64,000 nt of DNA from a virus. Lineage: Duplodnaviria; Caudoviricetes. The notes below the pieces were generated by a model. That model was given only the letters and a program-made list of their open reading frames with translations. It was not told where the DNA came from and made no database searches. This document shows, in pieces, positions 1 through 8,973 of this stretch. The DNA lies in the IMG/VR virus record IMGVR_UViG_3300010311_001094, positions 29,466-93,465 of that record; one strand, written 5' to 3'. Each line of letters starts with the position of its first letter. Positions within the stretch are counted from its first letter, which is position 1. Made by a program: the position numbers and the translations under genes.

Positions 1-3000
1 CTTTCCAGCCGGACGATACATCGCTGCTGATCTGCGACATCGTTGCATCAATTGCGGCATTGACGTTTGCCCAGACCGTTTTCACGGTATCGAACACCTG
101 CGTCATGAAGCCCTGCACCGAGGTTACCACAGTGGACAGTGCATTCTGGATCACGCTGCTGATCTTCTCAGCAAGACCTCCGGCAAAGTTGTTGACGGCA
201 TCGCCCACAACATTGGTATTTGCGTTGATTCCGTCCGCAAGTCCCTGCATGAAGTCCGGCATCCAGGACTCGAAATCCGCAAGAGGTCCCTCGTCAGGTA
301 CAGAGAAGTGAAGGAAAGACTTGATCTTGTCAGCCACACCCTTGACCGCATCGGATACCTTGTTGATACAGCTCTTGATACCGTTCACAATGCCGTTGAT
401 GATGTCAGCGCCCCAAGAGAAAGCCTCATATGCAAGGTTCTTGATGAAGCTGACCGCCGCATTAAAGCCATTGACAATCGTTGTTTTGATCGCAGTGATC
501 TTCTGAGATACAGCGGATTTCACGTTCTCCCAGATATTCGAGACTGTTGTTTTGATGGCGTTCATGACGGTTGTGATGGTCGTCTTGATGCTGTTCCAGA
601 TATTTGCGACTGTCGCAAAAATTGTGTTCAGGACGCTGCTGATGAATCCGGAGATAGCGTTCCATACGCTGCTTACCACAGCATGAATCGCATTCAGCAC
701 AGCCGAAATGTGTGCGCTGATGCTGTTCCAGATGGAAGATACCACAGACCAGATCGCGTTCAGAATCGTGCTGATAAAGCCGGAAATTGCATTCCACACA
801 GTCTCTATCACGCTTTTGATCGTATCAAGCACAGTACTGATCGTAGTGCAGATCGCATCCCAAATGGTCTGGAAGAAGTCGCGGATACTCTCCAAAATGG
901 GAGTCAAGAAGGCTACAATGGCATTCCAGATAGCAGTGATTTTCTCGTGAATCCAGTCCATTGCCATGCCGATGAGAATCTGAATTGCCTGAAAAATGGT
1001 CTCGAACAGATAACGGAATGCTTCGAGCAGCGGAGAGATAATGTCATAGATCGTCTGCCATACAGTCGTAATGACTGACCAGATGGCGTTCATGACTGTT
1101 GTGATTGCTGTATGGATGGCGTTCCACACAGTCTCAATGACGGTCTTGATGAGATTGATTTTTGTGGTTACATCGTTATAAATTGCCGTCCAGATGCCGA
1201 CAAAAAAGTTCTTGATGCCTGTCCAGATGTTGGTGAAAAATGTTGCAATGCCATTTATGACACCTGTAAAGAAGTTTTTGATACCGTTCCAGATACCGAC
1301 AAAAAAGTTCTTGATTGCATTCCAGACATTCACCCAGAACTCTTTCACTTCGTCAAGGCTTGTGCCGAAAATGTTACACAGCACATTCATATAGTTTTGG
1401 AGCGTGTCTTTCAGGAAGTTCCATACCGCTACAAAAATACCCTTGATGCCGTTCCAGACTTTTTCCCAGTCACCCGTGAAGATACCGATAAAAATGTCCA
1501 ACACATTCAGTAGGATATCCGTTACCGCCTTGAAGATGTTAGCAATCTGCTGAAATACGCCCTCAAAAATCGGCGCAAGAAAATTGCACAGTCCTTCCCA
1601 TACAGCTTTAATGACCTCGCCGATGTTCTCAAAGTCGAAGCCTAAAGCGTTGAGACGGTCTACGATGCCCTGACAGAAGCCCTGAAAAATACCCTTGATC
1701 TGCTCCCAGATCGCCGTGATTTTCGCTCTGAATTCATCATTTGTTTTCCACAGGTGTACGAAAGCCGCTACCAAAGCAGCGATAACCGCAATGACAGCGA
1801 CCACGGGCGCAGAGATACCGCCGATAGCAGCACCGAACGAACTGAATGCCGCCTTTGCACCTGCAATAATGGTCGGCAGATTGGAAATGAACTGCATGAG
1901 CTTGCCGACTGTGACCATTGTTTTGCCGACAACGACTAAAAGCGGACCCAGTGCAGCGGCTACCAGAGCGATTTTGACGATCGTTTCTTTGGTCGCCGGA
2001 TCCATTTGATTCAGCTTATCTACCAGAGCTTGAATTTTGCTAACGATAGCACGGATCGCAGGCATAAGAATTTCACCGAAGGAAATGGCTAATTCTTCAA
2101 GCTGCGATTTCAGAATGGTGAGCTGACCGCCGAGGTTGTCCTGCATGACAGCGGCCATTTTTTCGGTAACGCCGTTGTAGCCGTCCACTTCATCGGAACA
2201 AGTGCTGATCGCACTGTTCAGCTTCTCAATATCTGAGGGTGCGGCGTTCATAACTGCAAGAAAACCGGACATTGCATTTTTGCCGACAAGTGCTTGTGCC
2301 GCAGATGCTTGTTCCGATTCCGACATCTGTGAGAATGCCACCCGGCAGTCTGCAAGGATATCGTTCAGATCACGCATCGAGCCGTCTGCATTGGTAGTAG
2401 CGATCTCGATCTCTCCGAAGGAATCACCGCAGAATTTTACCTCTCCGGCAAGCGCATTCATCATAGAACGGAGCGCCGTACCTGCCTGTGAACCCTTGAT
2501 ACCGGAATTCGCCATGAGACCGATTGCCTCGGCAGTGTCCTCACAGGAGAAACCCAGCGCACCTGCAACAGGTGCACAATACTTGAAGGTTTCACCCATC
2601 ATGGACACATTTGTATTCGCATTCGAGCTTGCTGCCGCAAGTACGTCCGCAAAATGTCCGCTGTCGGCAGCAGATAAGCCGAAAGCGGTCAGAGCGTCCG
2701 TGACGATATCCGATGTGGTTGCGAGATCTTCTCCACTCGCCGCCGCAAGGTTCATGATACCCTCAATACCGTCAAGAATATCTCCAGTTTTCCAGCCTGC
2801 CATCGCCATATAGTTCATGGCTTCTGCGGCTTCGGATGCGGAGAATTTTGTCTTGGAGCCCATCTCACGGGCTTTGTCTCTCAGGTCTTGCAGCTCGTCA
2901 CCGGTCGCACCGGATACAGCGGCGACCTTGCTCATGGCAGTGTCGAAATCCGATGCCGTTTTCACAGCGGCAGTACCAGCAGCAAGGATAGGCACGGTCA

Positions 3001-3679
3001 CATGGGTAGTCAGTGTTTCACCGACATCGGCGATTTTTCCGCCGACCTTTTCAAGGGTTTCACTCGTCTGACCGATTTTCACAAGAGCCTCTTGGGATTT
3101 GCTTGCCTCCGTTTGCAAATTCTGAAGCTCCTGCTCGGTCTCGATGATCTCACGCTGAAGGGCATCGTATTGCTCCGGGCTGATCGGGTTGCCAAACTCA
3201 TCGGATACATCCTTAGCGGACTGCTTCAAAGATGTCAGCTCGTCAGATGTTTCCTTGATCTCACGCTGCAAGGCATCATATTTCTCCTGCGAGATCTCAC
3301 CCTTTGAAAGCTGCTCATCGGCGGTTTTCGCCTGTTCCTTCAGTTCTTTCAGCTTGTTTTCGGTCTCACCGATCTTCTGTTTGATCGGATCGTATTTTGC
3401 CTTCCAAGCATCGTAGTTGTCTTTGGTTTTGGCGGCTTCCTCGCTGGCTTTTTTCAGGGTATCCAGCCGTTCTTTCGTGCTTTTGACGGCATCACCGAGG
3501 AACTTCTGCTTTTGAGCAAGCAGCTCTGTATTCTTCGGATCGAGTTTCAGCAGCTTTTCGACATCTTTGAGCTGAGTCTGCGTATTTTTGATGTTTCTGT
3601 CAACGGATTGTAGTGCTTTCGATAGCTTCGTGGTGTCGCCGTTGATCTCGACTGTAATGCCCTTAATTCTTCCTGCCAT
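1..3679 (-). CDS. Tail tape measure protein (partial, runs off window start)
   Basis: ATG at 3679 after AGGCAGGTG; N-terminus reads MAGRIKGITVEINGDTTKLSKALQSVD; TP901-type core and Trp-spaced repeats; follows the tail chaperones. Absent from ORF track, consistent with no stop in window. Confidence 0.9.
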   Translation of the reverse strand, partial: MAGRIKGITVEINGDTTKLSKALQSVDRNIKNTQTQLKDVEKLLKLDPKNTELLAQKQKFLGDAVKSTKERLDTLKKASEEAAKTKDNYDAWKAKYDPIKQKIGETENKLKELKEQAKTADEQLSKGEISQEKYDALQREIKETSDELTSLKQSAKDVSDEFGNPISPEQYDALQREIIETEQELQNLQTEASKSQEALVKIGQTSETLEKVGGKIADVGETLTTHVTVPILAAGTAAVKTASDFDTAMSKVAAVSGATGDELQDLRDKAREMGSKTKFSASEAAEAMNYMAMAGWKTGDILDGIEGIMNLAAASGEDLATTSDIVTDALTAFGLSAADSGHFADVLAAASSNANTNVSMMGETFKYCAPVAGALGFSCEDTAEAIGLMANSGIKGSQAGTALRSMMNALAGEVKFCGDSFGEIEIATTNADGSMRDLNDILADCRVAFSQMSESEQASAAQALVGKNAMSGFLAVMNAAPSDIEKLNSAISTCSDEVDGYNGVTEKMAAVMQDNLGGQLTILKSQLEELAISFGEILMPAIRAIVSKIQALVDKLNQMDPATKETIVKIALVAAALGPLLVVVGKTMVTVGKLMQFISNLPTIIAGAKAAFSSFGAAIGGISAPVVAVIAVIAALVAAFVHLWKTNDEFRAKITAIWEQIKGIFQGFCQGIVDRLNALGFDFENIGEVIKAVWEGLCNFLAPIFEGVFQQIANIFKAVTDILLNVLDIFIGIFTGDWEKVWNGIKGIFVAVWNFLKDTLQNYMNVLCNIFGTSLDEVKEFWVNVWNAIKNFFVGIWNGIKNFFTGVINGIATFFTNIWTGIKNFFVGIWTAIYNDVTTKINLIKTVIETVWNAIHTAITTVMNAIWSVITTVWQTIYDIISPLLEAFRYLFETIFQAIQILIGMAMDWIHEKITAIWNAIVAFLTPILESIRDFFQTIWDAICTTISTVLDTIKSVIETVWNAISGFISTILNAIWSVVSSIWNSISAHISAVLNAIHAVVSSVWNAISGFISSVLNTIFATVANIWNSIKTTITTVMNAIKTTVSNIWENVKSAVSQKITAIKTTIVNGFNAAVSFIKNLAYEAFSWGADIINGIVNGIKSCINKVSDAVKGVADKIKSFLHFSVPDEGPLADFESWMPDFMQGLADGINANTNVVGDAVNNFAGGLAEKISSVIQNALSTVVTSVQGFMTQVFDTVKTVWANVNAAIDATMSQISSDVSSGWK

Positions 3680-3728
3680 GCGATATCACCTGCCTTTCAG
3701 GAAAAATAAATATACCTACTGTGGTAGG

Positions 3729-3757
3729 TAGACAAGTAGGTTGGATAGGTGTATAAT
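3729..3757 (+). promoter_or_regulatory. Sigma-A promoter pointing antisense to the tail operon
   Basis: TAGACA-N17-TATAAT overlapped by several TAGGT/ACCTA boxes. Confidence 0.6.
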
Positions 3758-3761
3758 ACGG

Positions 3762-4448
3762 CTATCTCCTGTGCAGTGTTTCGGATATACTTTTGTGGTG
3801 CAATGCCCTCGGCTCGAAATGAATGAGCATATAAAACAGATGCATCACAGCACCCGCACCGAAGATAGAAATGAGTGTACCGATACCTACAGCGCCGCCG
3901 AGCAGCCAACCGATCAGTGTAACGAAGGCAAACAGCAGTATCTCAACCACACCTATGGGTATCTTAGGCAGCCGTTTCCCGATTGCTATGAGTAGCCCAT
4001 CCTTCGGACCGTAGCCCTGTTGCGCCTTCATATATACATACATTCCCAGAGCAATAAACAGGAAGCCGAACAGCATATATACGATTCCGAGCCAAAGGCT
4101 GTGATTTTCAGGTTACGGGGAAATATTGCAGAAAAGTTGCGTCAGATTTCCCGTGATAATTGCATCAAGGACAGTAGCAATGCCAATGCGCTCGTGCAGG
4201 AGTAGTTGTATCACAATTGCCGCAAGGGATACTGCCACCATAGCACTGCCATAATTCAGCGGTGCATGACGGGATATCCCCACAGCGAGACAGTCCCACG
4301 GTGCAAGCCCAATATTGACATAGATGGTCAGATATACACCGAAGGAGTAAATTGAAAGTCCGAGGAGTATCCGCAGCAGACTGCTGAACGGTTCAAAATT
4401 TATCCATGTCGATTTGAGTCGCTTTGTAGCTGTAAGTCGCTTCATCAT
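3762..4448 (-). pseudogene. YczE/YyaS/YitT-family membrane protein broken by one in-frame TAA (4113-4115)
   Basis: ORFs 4113-4499 and 3762-4076 share a frame; joined sequence reads ...NISP*PENHSLWLGIVYMLFG...; GLAPWD and GYGPKDGL motifs. Confidence 0.8.
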
Positions 4449-4587
4449 TGTCCCTTTCGATAAACATTTCGTTGACCATTCCGATGGTGAGCAGATCAAG
4501 GTCGGAGAGTGTCAGCCCGATCTGCGCACATCGGAGGAGGAACAGCGGCGTTGTCATCTCGCGGTCAACTGGGCGAGATTTTTTTTT
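4393..4587 (-). CDS. Tail assembly chaperone GT extension (reached by -1 frameshift)
   Basis: -1 frame after the A9 run reads KSRPVDREMTTPLFLLRCAQIGL...ATQIDMDKF. Confidence 0.75.
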   Translation of the reverse strand, partial: KKKSRPVDREMTTPLFLLRCAQIGLTLSDLDLLTIGMVNEMFIERDNDEATYSYKATQIDMDKF

Positions 4588-4934
4588 GACTCTGCCTGTG
4601 TCTCCAGATTCATGCCCCACAGCTCGAAAAGCTGCGGCAGCACCTCGTAGATCGAGAAGCAGTTGAACTGTTCGAGCCAGTCGTCCGGGCTGTCGGGAAC
4701 GTTCTCCGGATCGGCGTGCTTCGCCATCGTCCATGCGATATTCTCGAAGACCTCAAGGCTCTCGATGCCGAGACCGGAATCCTGCTCATCGCTTTCGTCC
4801 ACAGAGTCCTTCAGTGCGGCAAAATCCTTGAAAATGTCCTTACGGAACTTCGCACGGTAAAGGCGAGGCAGGGTTGCGCTCGCCTTGAAAGGAACATCGA
4901 TACCGTCAACAGTGATGATTTTCTTGATAGCCAT
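4554..4934 (-). CDS. Tail assembly chaperone (gpG-like)
   Basis: 126 aa between major tail and tape measure genes, slippery A9 run near its 3' end. Confidence 0.85.
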   Translation of the reverse strand: MAIKKIITVDGIDVPFKASATLPRLYRAKFRKDIFKDFAALKDSVDESDEQDSGLGIESLEVFENIAWTMAKHADPENVPDSPDDWLEQFNCFSIYEVLPQLFELWGMNLETQAESKKNLAQLTAR

Positions 4935-4949
4935 ATTCTCTCCTCCGAA

Positions 4950-5597
4950 TCAGTCAGTTGTAGTGGATGCGGCAGTGCTGCTCTTGGTGGAAGATGCAGA
5001 ACGTGTGCCGGTGCTGTTGTTTGTGGTCGCAGCGGTCGGGATATACACCGCATTATACCAGTTGTCATAGGTGGTCTGGTCGGTGCTTTCACAGGTCTTG
5101 GACTTCACCAGACCGTCAGGAAGTGCCGTTGCCTTCATCGAGAGAGTCTCCGTCTTGACCTCAGTGGACTCCTCCGTAGTGTAGCTCTCGGTCGAGGGAC
5201 GGGATGCCGAGCAGCAGTACAGCACATGACGGATGTGGTTCTTGTCGCCGTTGAACTCGAAGAGCAGTGCAAACTGCGAGGTCTCGGCATCGTTACGCTC
5301 CACAAGAACACCCTTGCTGTCGAGCTGCTCACCGAGGATCGTAGTGGCGAAATCGGTCGTGATGAGTGCCACCTCAAGGTCGCCCTCGTAGCCCGCATTG
5401 TTGTTGATGACATAGTACACGCCGTTATCAGCAAAAAAGTTCTCGTTCTCGCCGTTGGCATCGATAGAAAGCGACACCGCACCGGGCAGGCGCACCGGCG
5501 TTGCGAATGTCGGCACACCCTCTTCCGACCATGCCGTGATTTTTGCATAATGAACCTTGTTCAGACCGAACTTGACTTTGTTTTTCTGAAGTGCCGT
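4950..5597 (-). CDS. Major tail protein (phi13 family); start codon is ACG
   Basis: Frame stays open upstream of 5516 giving ALQKNKVKFGLNKVHYAKI; GGAGGT lies 7 nt before ACG at 5597. Confidence 0.85.
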   Translation of the reverse strand, partial: TALQKNKVKFGLNKVHYAKITAWSEEGVPTFATPVRLPGAVSLSIDANGENENFFADNGVYYVINNNAGYEGDLEVALITTDFATTILGEQLDSKGVLVERNDAETSQFALLFEFNGDKNHIRHVLYCCSASRPSTESYTTEESTEVKTETLSMKATALPDGLVKSKTCESTDQTTYDNWYNAVYIPTAATTNNSTGTRSASSTKSSTAASTTTD

Positions 5598-5600
5598 TTT

Positions 5601-5918
5601 TCATACCTCCATGATATAGAGGACTTCGTAGAGCCGTTCAGACTCTATCCATACCTCTGATTTTGTGTAATAGATGTTGTGCTGTGTCAGCACTTCCTCC
5701 ACACGCTGTTCCGTATCCGGCGATTTTTCATCCGTATAAAGCTCGATGTGCAGCTCTTTGAAGCTGTGGTACATGAAATTATCTGCGGAAAAGGTATCCT
5801 CGCCGGGAGACAGAAACAATGTGAAGGGCGGATCGGGGCTTTCACCCTCTGCGAAGTGATGATACGCAAAGGGCAGCCCGATCTCCTGCATCATCTCATT
5901 GATCTCTTCGTAGCTCAC
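5601..5918 (-). CDS. Putative tail terminator/completion protein
   Basis: Synteny; acidic 105 aa protein with PFAYHHF and EVWIESE. Confidence 0.7.
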   Translation of the reverse strand: MSYEEINEMMQEIGLPFAYHHFAEGESPDPPFTLFLSPGEDTFSADNFMYHSFKELHIELYTDEKSPDTEQRVEEVLTQHNIYYTKSEVWIESERLYEVLYIMEV

Positions 5919-6283
5919 GATAACTCCTTCTTGATGAGCGTTTCGAGCATATCTGCACCGTTTGCTTCGGCAGGAGCGATATGCGGGATAGCCGCAACTC
6001 TGCCGCCGCCCCTTTTCGCATGACCGTGTTCCAGCAGATGTGCGATCTGATAGCGGTTCTTGCTGTGAACGGTCATTTCAAGGCTGTGGCTGTTTTCCTT
6101 GACCTTTTTTGTAGCCCAGCTCTTTTTGTATCTGCCGGACTTTTTCGGAGCATTGGCGGAAATTTCGTTCTTGACTGCGGTCGCTGTCTTTTTCACAGCC
6201 TTTTTCATGGCTGTATCGGCAAGCTCTGCGTATTCCGTCAGCCCTTTCATGACCTCCGATGCCAGATCGTCAATAGATGTCAT
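5915..6283 (-). CDS. HK97 gp10-family protein
   Basis: AHLLEHGH and PHIAPA motifs; synteny. Confidence 0.85.
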   Translation of the reverse strand: MTSIDDLASEVMKGLTEYAELADTAMKKAVKKTATAVKNEISANAPKKSGRYKKSWATKKVKENSHSLEMTVHSKNRYQIAHLLEHGHAKRGGGRVAAIPHIAPAEANGADMLETLIKKELS

Positions 6284-6629
6284 CCTTCGCACCTGCCTTT
6301 CTGGATTCGCAGATCAGCTTCATATAGTCCTGCGTCTGGTAATTCGGCACAATGCCTTTGATGTCGTAGTCCAGACCGTCAAAGCGGATGCGATAAAGCG
6401 TTGAGGACATTCTTTTTGTCTGCGGAGTTTGCCGGATGATGACCTCAATCTTCTGAATCGCTCTGGTCACGCCGGTATCCGTCTCCTCAGAAGCACCGTT
6501 ATTGGATACAGTCACAGATGCCCAGAGTGAGAACACCTCCTCCCACTGAGCCTTGTGATTGCCGATCGCATCTTTTTTGACATGATTTTCAAGGACGGCG
6601 ATGCGCTGATTCAGTTTTCCGATCTCCAT
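6270..6629 (-). CDS. Head closure/head-tail adaptor (SPP1 gp16-like)
   Basis: IGKLNQRI...DAIGN...WASV...RIRFDGLDYDI. Confidence 0.85.
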   Translation of the reverse strand: MEIGKLNQRIAVLENHVKKDAIGNHKAQWEEVFSLWASVTVSNNGASEETDTGVTRAIQKIEVIIRQTPQTKRMSSTLYRIRFDGLDYDIKGIVPNYQTQDYMKLICESRKAGAKDDIY

Positions 6630-6907
6630 CAGACGATGCCCTCCCTCTGTGCGAATAACAGTGCCCTGAGTGTCAGCGTCAGCGCATGATAATCAGCAGT
6701 ATTGCGGTTTTCATAGAGGTACGAAACAGTATACAGCATAGCCTGCCGGGAGGTCTCCTCATTTTCCGCGAGCTGCTTTTCATTCATGCGCCCCACATCC
6801 ATCACGAGCCGCTGTGCCGTATCGATCAGAGTGAGGATGAGCTTGTCATCCTCGCAATGATCTACACGGAGATAGTTTTTTGTTTCAGGCAGTGAGATCA
6901 GAGTCAC
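6629..6907 (-). CDS. Head-tail connector (HK97 gp6-like)
   Basis: KNYLRVD..DDKLI...LYENR. Confidence 0.88.
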   Translation of the reverse strand: MTLISLPETKNYLRVDHCEDDKLILTLIDTAQRLVMDVGRMNEKQLAENEETSRQAMLYTVSYLYENRNTADYHALTLTLRALLFAQREGIV

Positions 6908-6925
6908 TTATCTGCCCTCCGTTCA

Positions 6926-8179
6926 TCAGCCGTTGCCGCCTGCACCGCCGCCGGTGTTACCGCCAGTCGTAGTAGCCTTTGTTCCAGCCATCTTGAGAAC
7001 CTTGACGGATTCCGGCAGGATCAGACGGCCGTCCACACGCTGCGTGGTGAGGAAGCCGACCTGATCGGTGCGGGCATACAGCTCGTTCAGACGGCGGAAG
7101 GTGCGGTTCTGACGGTCTGCCACCCAGTAATTCTTCATGTCACCGAAGAGGAGAACACGCTCACCCTTTGCGATACCGGGCATGAAGGAAGAGGTGCGGA
7201 TCGGTCTGCCGAGAATTGTATCCGGCTTTGCGATATCAAGGCTCGGCTTCCAGAGGTAGTTGTCGTTCTTGTCTTTCAGCTTCATGAGCTGAAGGAGAAT
7301 GGTCTCGTTGCAGACGAACTGTGCGTTGCGGCGGTAGGGAGACTTCAGGCTGTAGTAGAGGTTGAAGATCTCATCGAAGGTGATCGCAGTCTGAGATGCC
7401 GCAGTGACACCAAGCTCAGCGCCGCCGGTCTCATCGAGAATACCGAGGGGCTTCTTGTCACCGTCACCGGTGAAGAACGCTCTTTCCTCGGCGTTGCCCA
7501 TTGCCACACCGAAACGTGCAGCGATATAGCTTGCGAGGTCGAAGGCAGAATCGTGAAGCAGTTCGTTGGAGATCTTGATCATTGTGCCGAGCTTGTATGC
7601 GGAGAGCGTGGTCTGACCGAAACGAGTATCGGTCTCCGGAATTTCCTCGCCCTCATCGATCCACTGTGCCTCCATCGTGTCATTGGCAATCGGGATCTTG
7701 CGGGTACCAGAATTGGTCTTGATGACCGTTGCCATCTGGCGGAAGATGTTGTTTTCCTCAAGCGCCTGAATCAGACGGCGCTCGAACTCGTCGGGCACAG
7801 TGTAGCCGCCCTCGGTGTCCTCACCGACAGAGAGTGCGTTGCGGACTGCAAGCTGATCGCCCTTGTTGCGGATCATATCCCAGAACGCACACTTGTACTC
7901 GTCCGTTGCGGTCGGGTTAGTGGGCGGCGTGTTCTTTGCGCCGGGAGCGTTGGTGACGGGCTTGGAGGTCGGTGCGGAAAGTGCCGCATCCACGGCTGCC
8001 TGCTGTTCCAGACGCTCGATCTCTGCACCGAGAGCCTGCACCTCACCGGCCATTTTGTTGTACTGCTCAACTGCGGATGCCTCCACGAGACCGTTCTCAC
8101 CACGGTGCTTTTCAAGGAATGCCTTTGTCTGCTCCCACAGGGTATTACGTTTACTGCGAAGTTCCATGATCTTGCTCAT
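6926..8179 (-). CDS. Major capsid protein, HK97 fold
   Basis: Coiled-coil delta domain, GGYTVP, ISNELLHDS, ILGRPI, FGD, RVDG. Confidence 0.95.
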   Translation of the reverse strand: MSKIMELRSKRNTLWEQTKAFLEKHRGENGLVEASAVEQYNKMAGEVQALGAEIERLEQQAAVDAALSAPTSKPVTNAPGAKNTPPTNPTATDEYKCAFWDMIRNKGDQLAVRNALSVGEDTEGGYTVPDEFERRLIQALEENNIFRQMATVIKTNSGTRKIPIANDTMEAQWIDEGEEIPETDTRFGQTTLSAYKLGTMIKISNELLHDSAFDLASYIAARFGVAMGNAEERAFFTGDGDKKPLGILDETGGAELGVTAASQTAITFDEIFNLYYSLKSPYRRNAQFVCNETILLQLMKLKDKNDNYLWKPSLDIAKPDTILGRPIRTSSFMPGIAKGERVLLFGDMKNYWVADRQNRTFRRLNELYARTDQVGFLTTQRVDGRLILPESVKVLKMAGTKATTTGGNTGGGAGGNG

Positions 8180-8235
8180 ATCTTTTCTCCATTTCTCCGG
8201 ATAAAATCCGGTGTCGCATAAAAATACAGCCAGCC

Positions 8236-8973
8236 TTATCTCAAAAATGCAAGCTGCTGTTTCAGAATTTCATACGGCATTGCGCCGTCTGCGGTTTTAC
8301 CGTCCATGCCGATCACAGGCATATCGGGGACAGTGACCACAGGTGCGGTCAGCCCTTTTTCGGCAGATTCCGGTGTTTCGGTTTTGTCATCGGGAGTGTC
8401 GTCCGTGTCTGCGATTTCTGCGCCTGCGGTGATCTTTCCCAAGATGGTCTGCCCCATGATACGGGTACTGTAAGACCAGTCGGATTCCAGCTTGAACGGC
8501 TTCTTTTCGGTCTCTTTCTTTTCATCACCCTCATCGTCACCGCCTTCCTGATCAAGCTTCTCAGGCTCGTCCGGATCGTCAGGCTCATCCTTCTTGTCCG
8601 GTTTGGACTTTTCATCGAACAGAATCTCATCTGCAAAGCCCAGCTCAACTGCCTTTTTCGCATTGATCCATGTCTCGTCCGACATGAGCTTGCTGATGCG
8701 GTTTCTGCTGAGTCCGGTTTTTGCGGCATATGCGTTGATGATGCTCTCTTTGACCTCATTCAGTGTTGCGATGGTTTTTTCCATGTCCTTGGCGTTTCCC
8801 ATCGCAATTGTGGACGGATCATGCACGAACAGGAGTGCGGTCGGAGACATCTGCACAGTATTTCCTGCCATAGCAATCACGCTCGCCGCCGATGCTGCAA
8901 TGCTTGCGATTTTTACCGTTACCCTGTGCGGATAATCACGTATCATCGTGTAAATTTCTGCTGCTGCGAACAC
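8236..8973 (-). CDS. ClpP-type prohead protease, exon 2
   Basis: VFAAAEIY...ASIAASAAS...HDP...ETWINAKKAVELGFAD plus acidic extension; begins right after intron 3' end. Confidence 0.9.
   Translation of the reverse strand: MFAAAEIYTMIRDYPHRVTVKIASIAASAASVIAMAGNTVQMSPTALLFVHDPSTIAMGNAKDMEKTIATLNEVKESIINAYAAKTGLSRNRISKLMSDETWINAKKAVELGFADEILFDEKSKPDKKDEPDDPDEPEKLDQEGGDDEGDEKKETEKKPFKLESDWSYSTRIMGQTILGKITAGAEIADTDDTPDDKTETPESAEKGLTAPVVTVPDMPVIGMDGKTADGAMPYEILKQQLAFLR

Noticed and set aside
60-3416. Many + strand ORFs with periodic sequence
   Set aside because: Shadows of the repetitive tape measure gene on the minus strand.
4113-5603. Stop-codon reassignment as an explanation for in-frame stops
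   Set aside because: TAA, TGA and TAG all terminate well-defined genes elsewhere in the element; the lesions are isolated.
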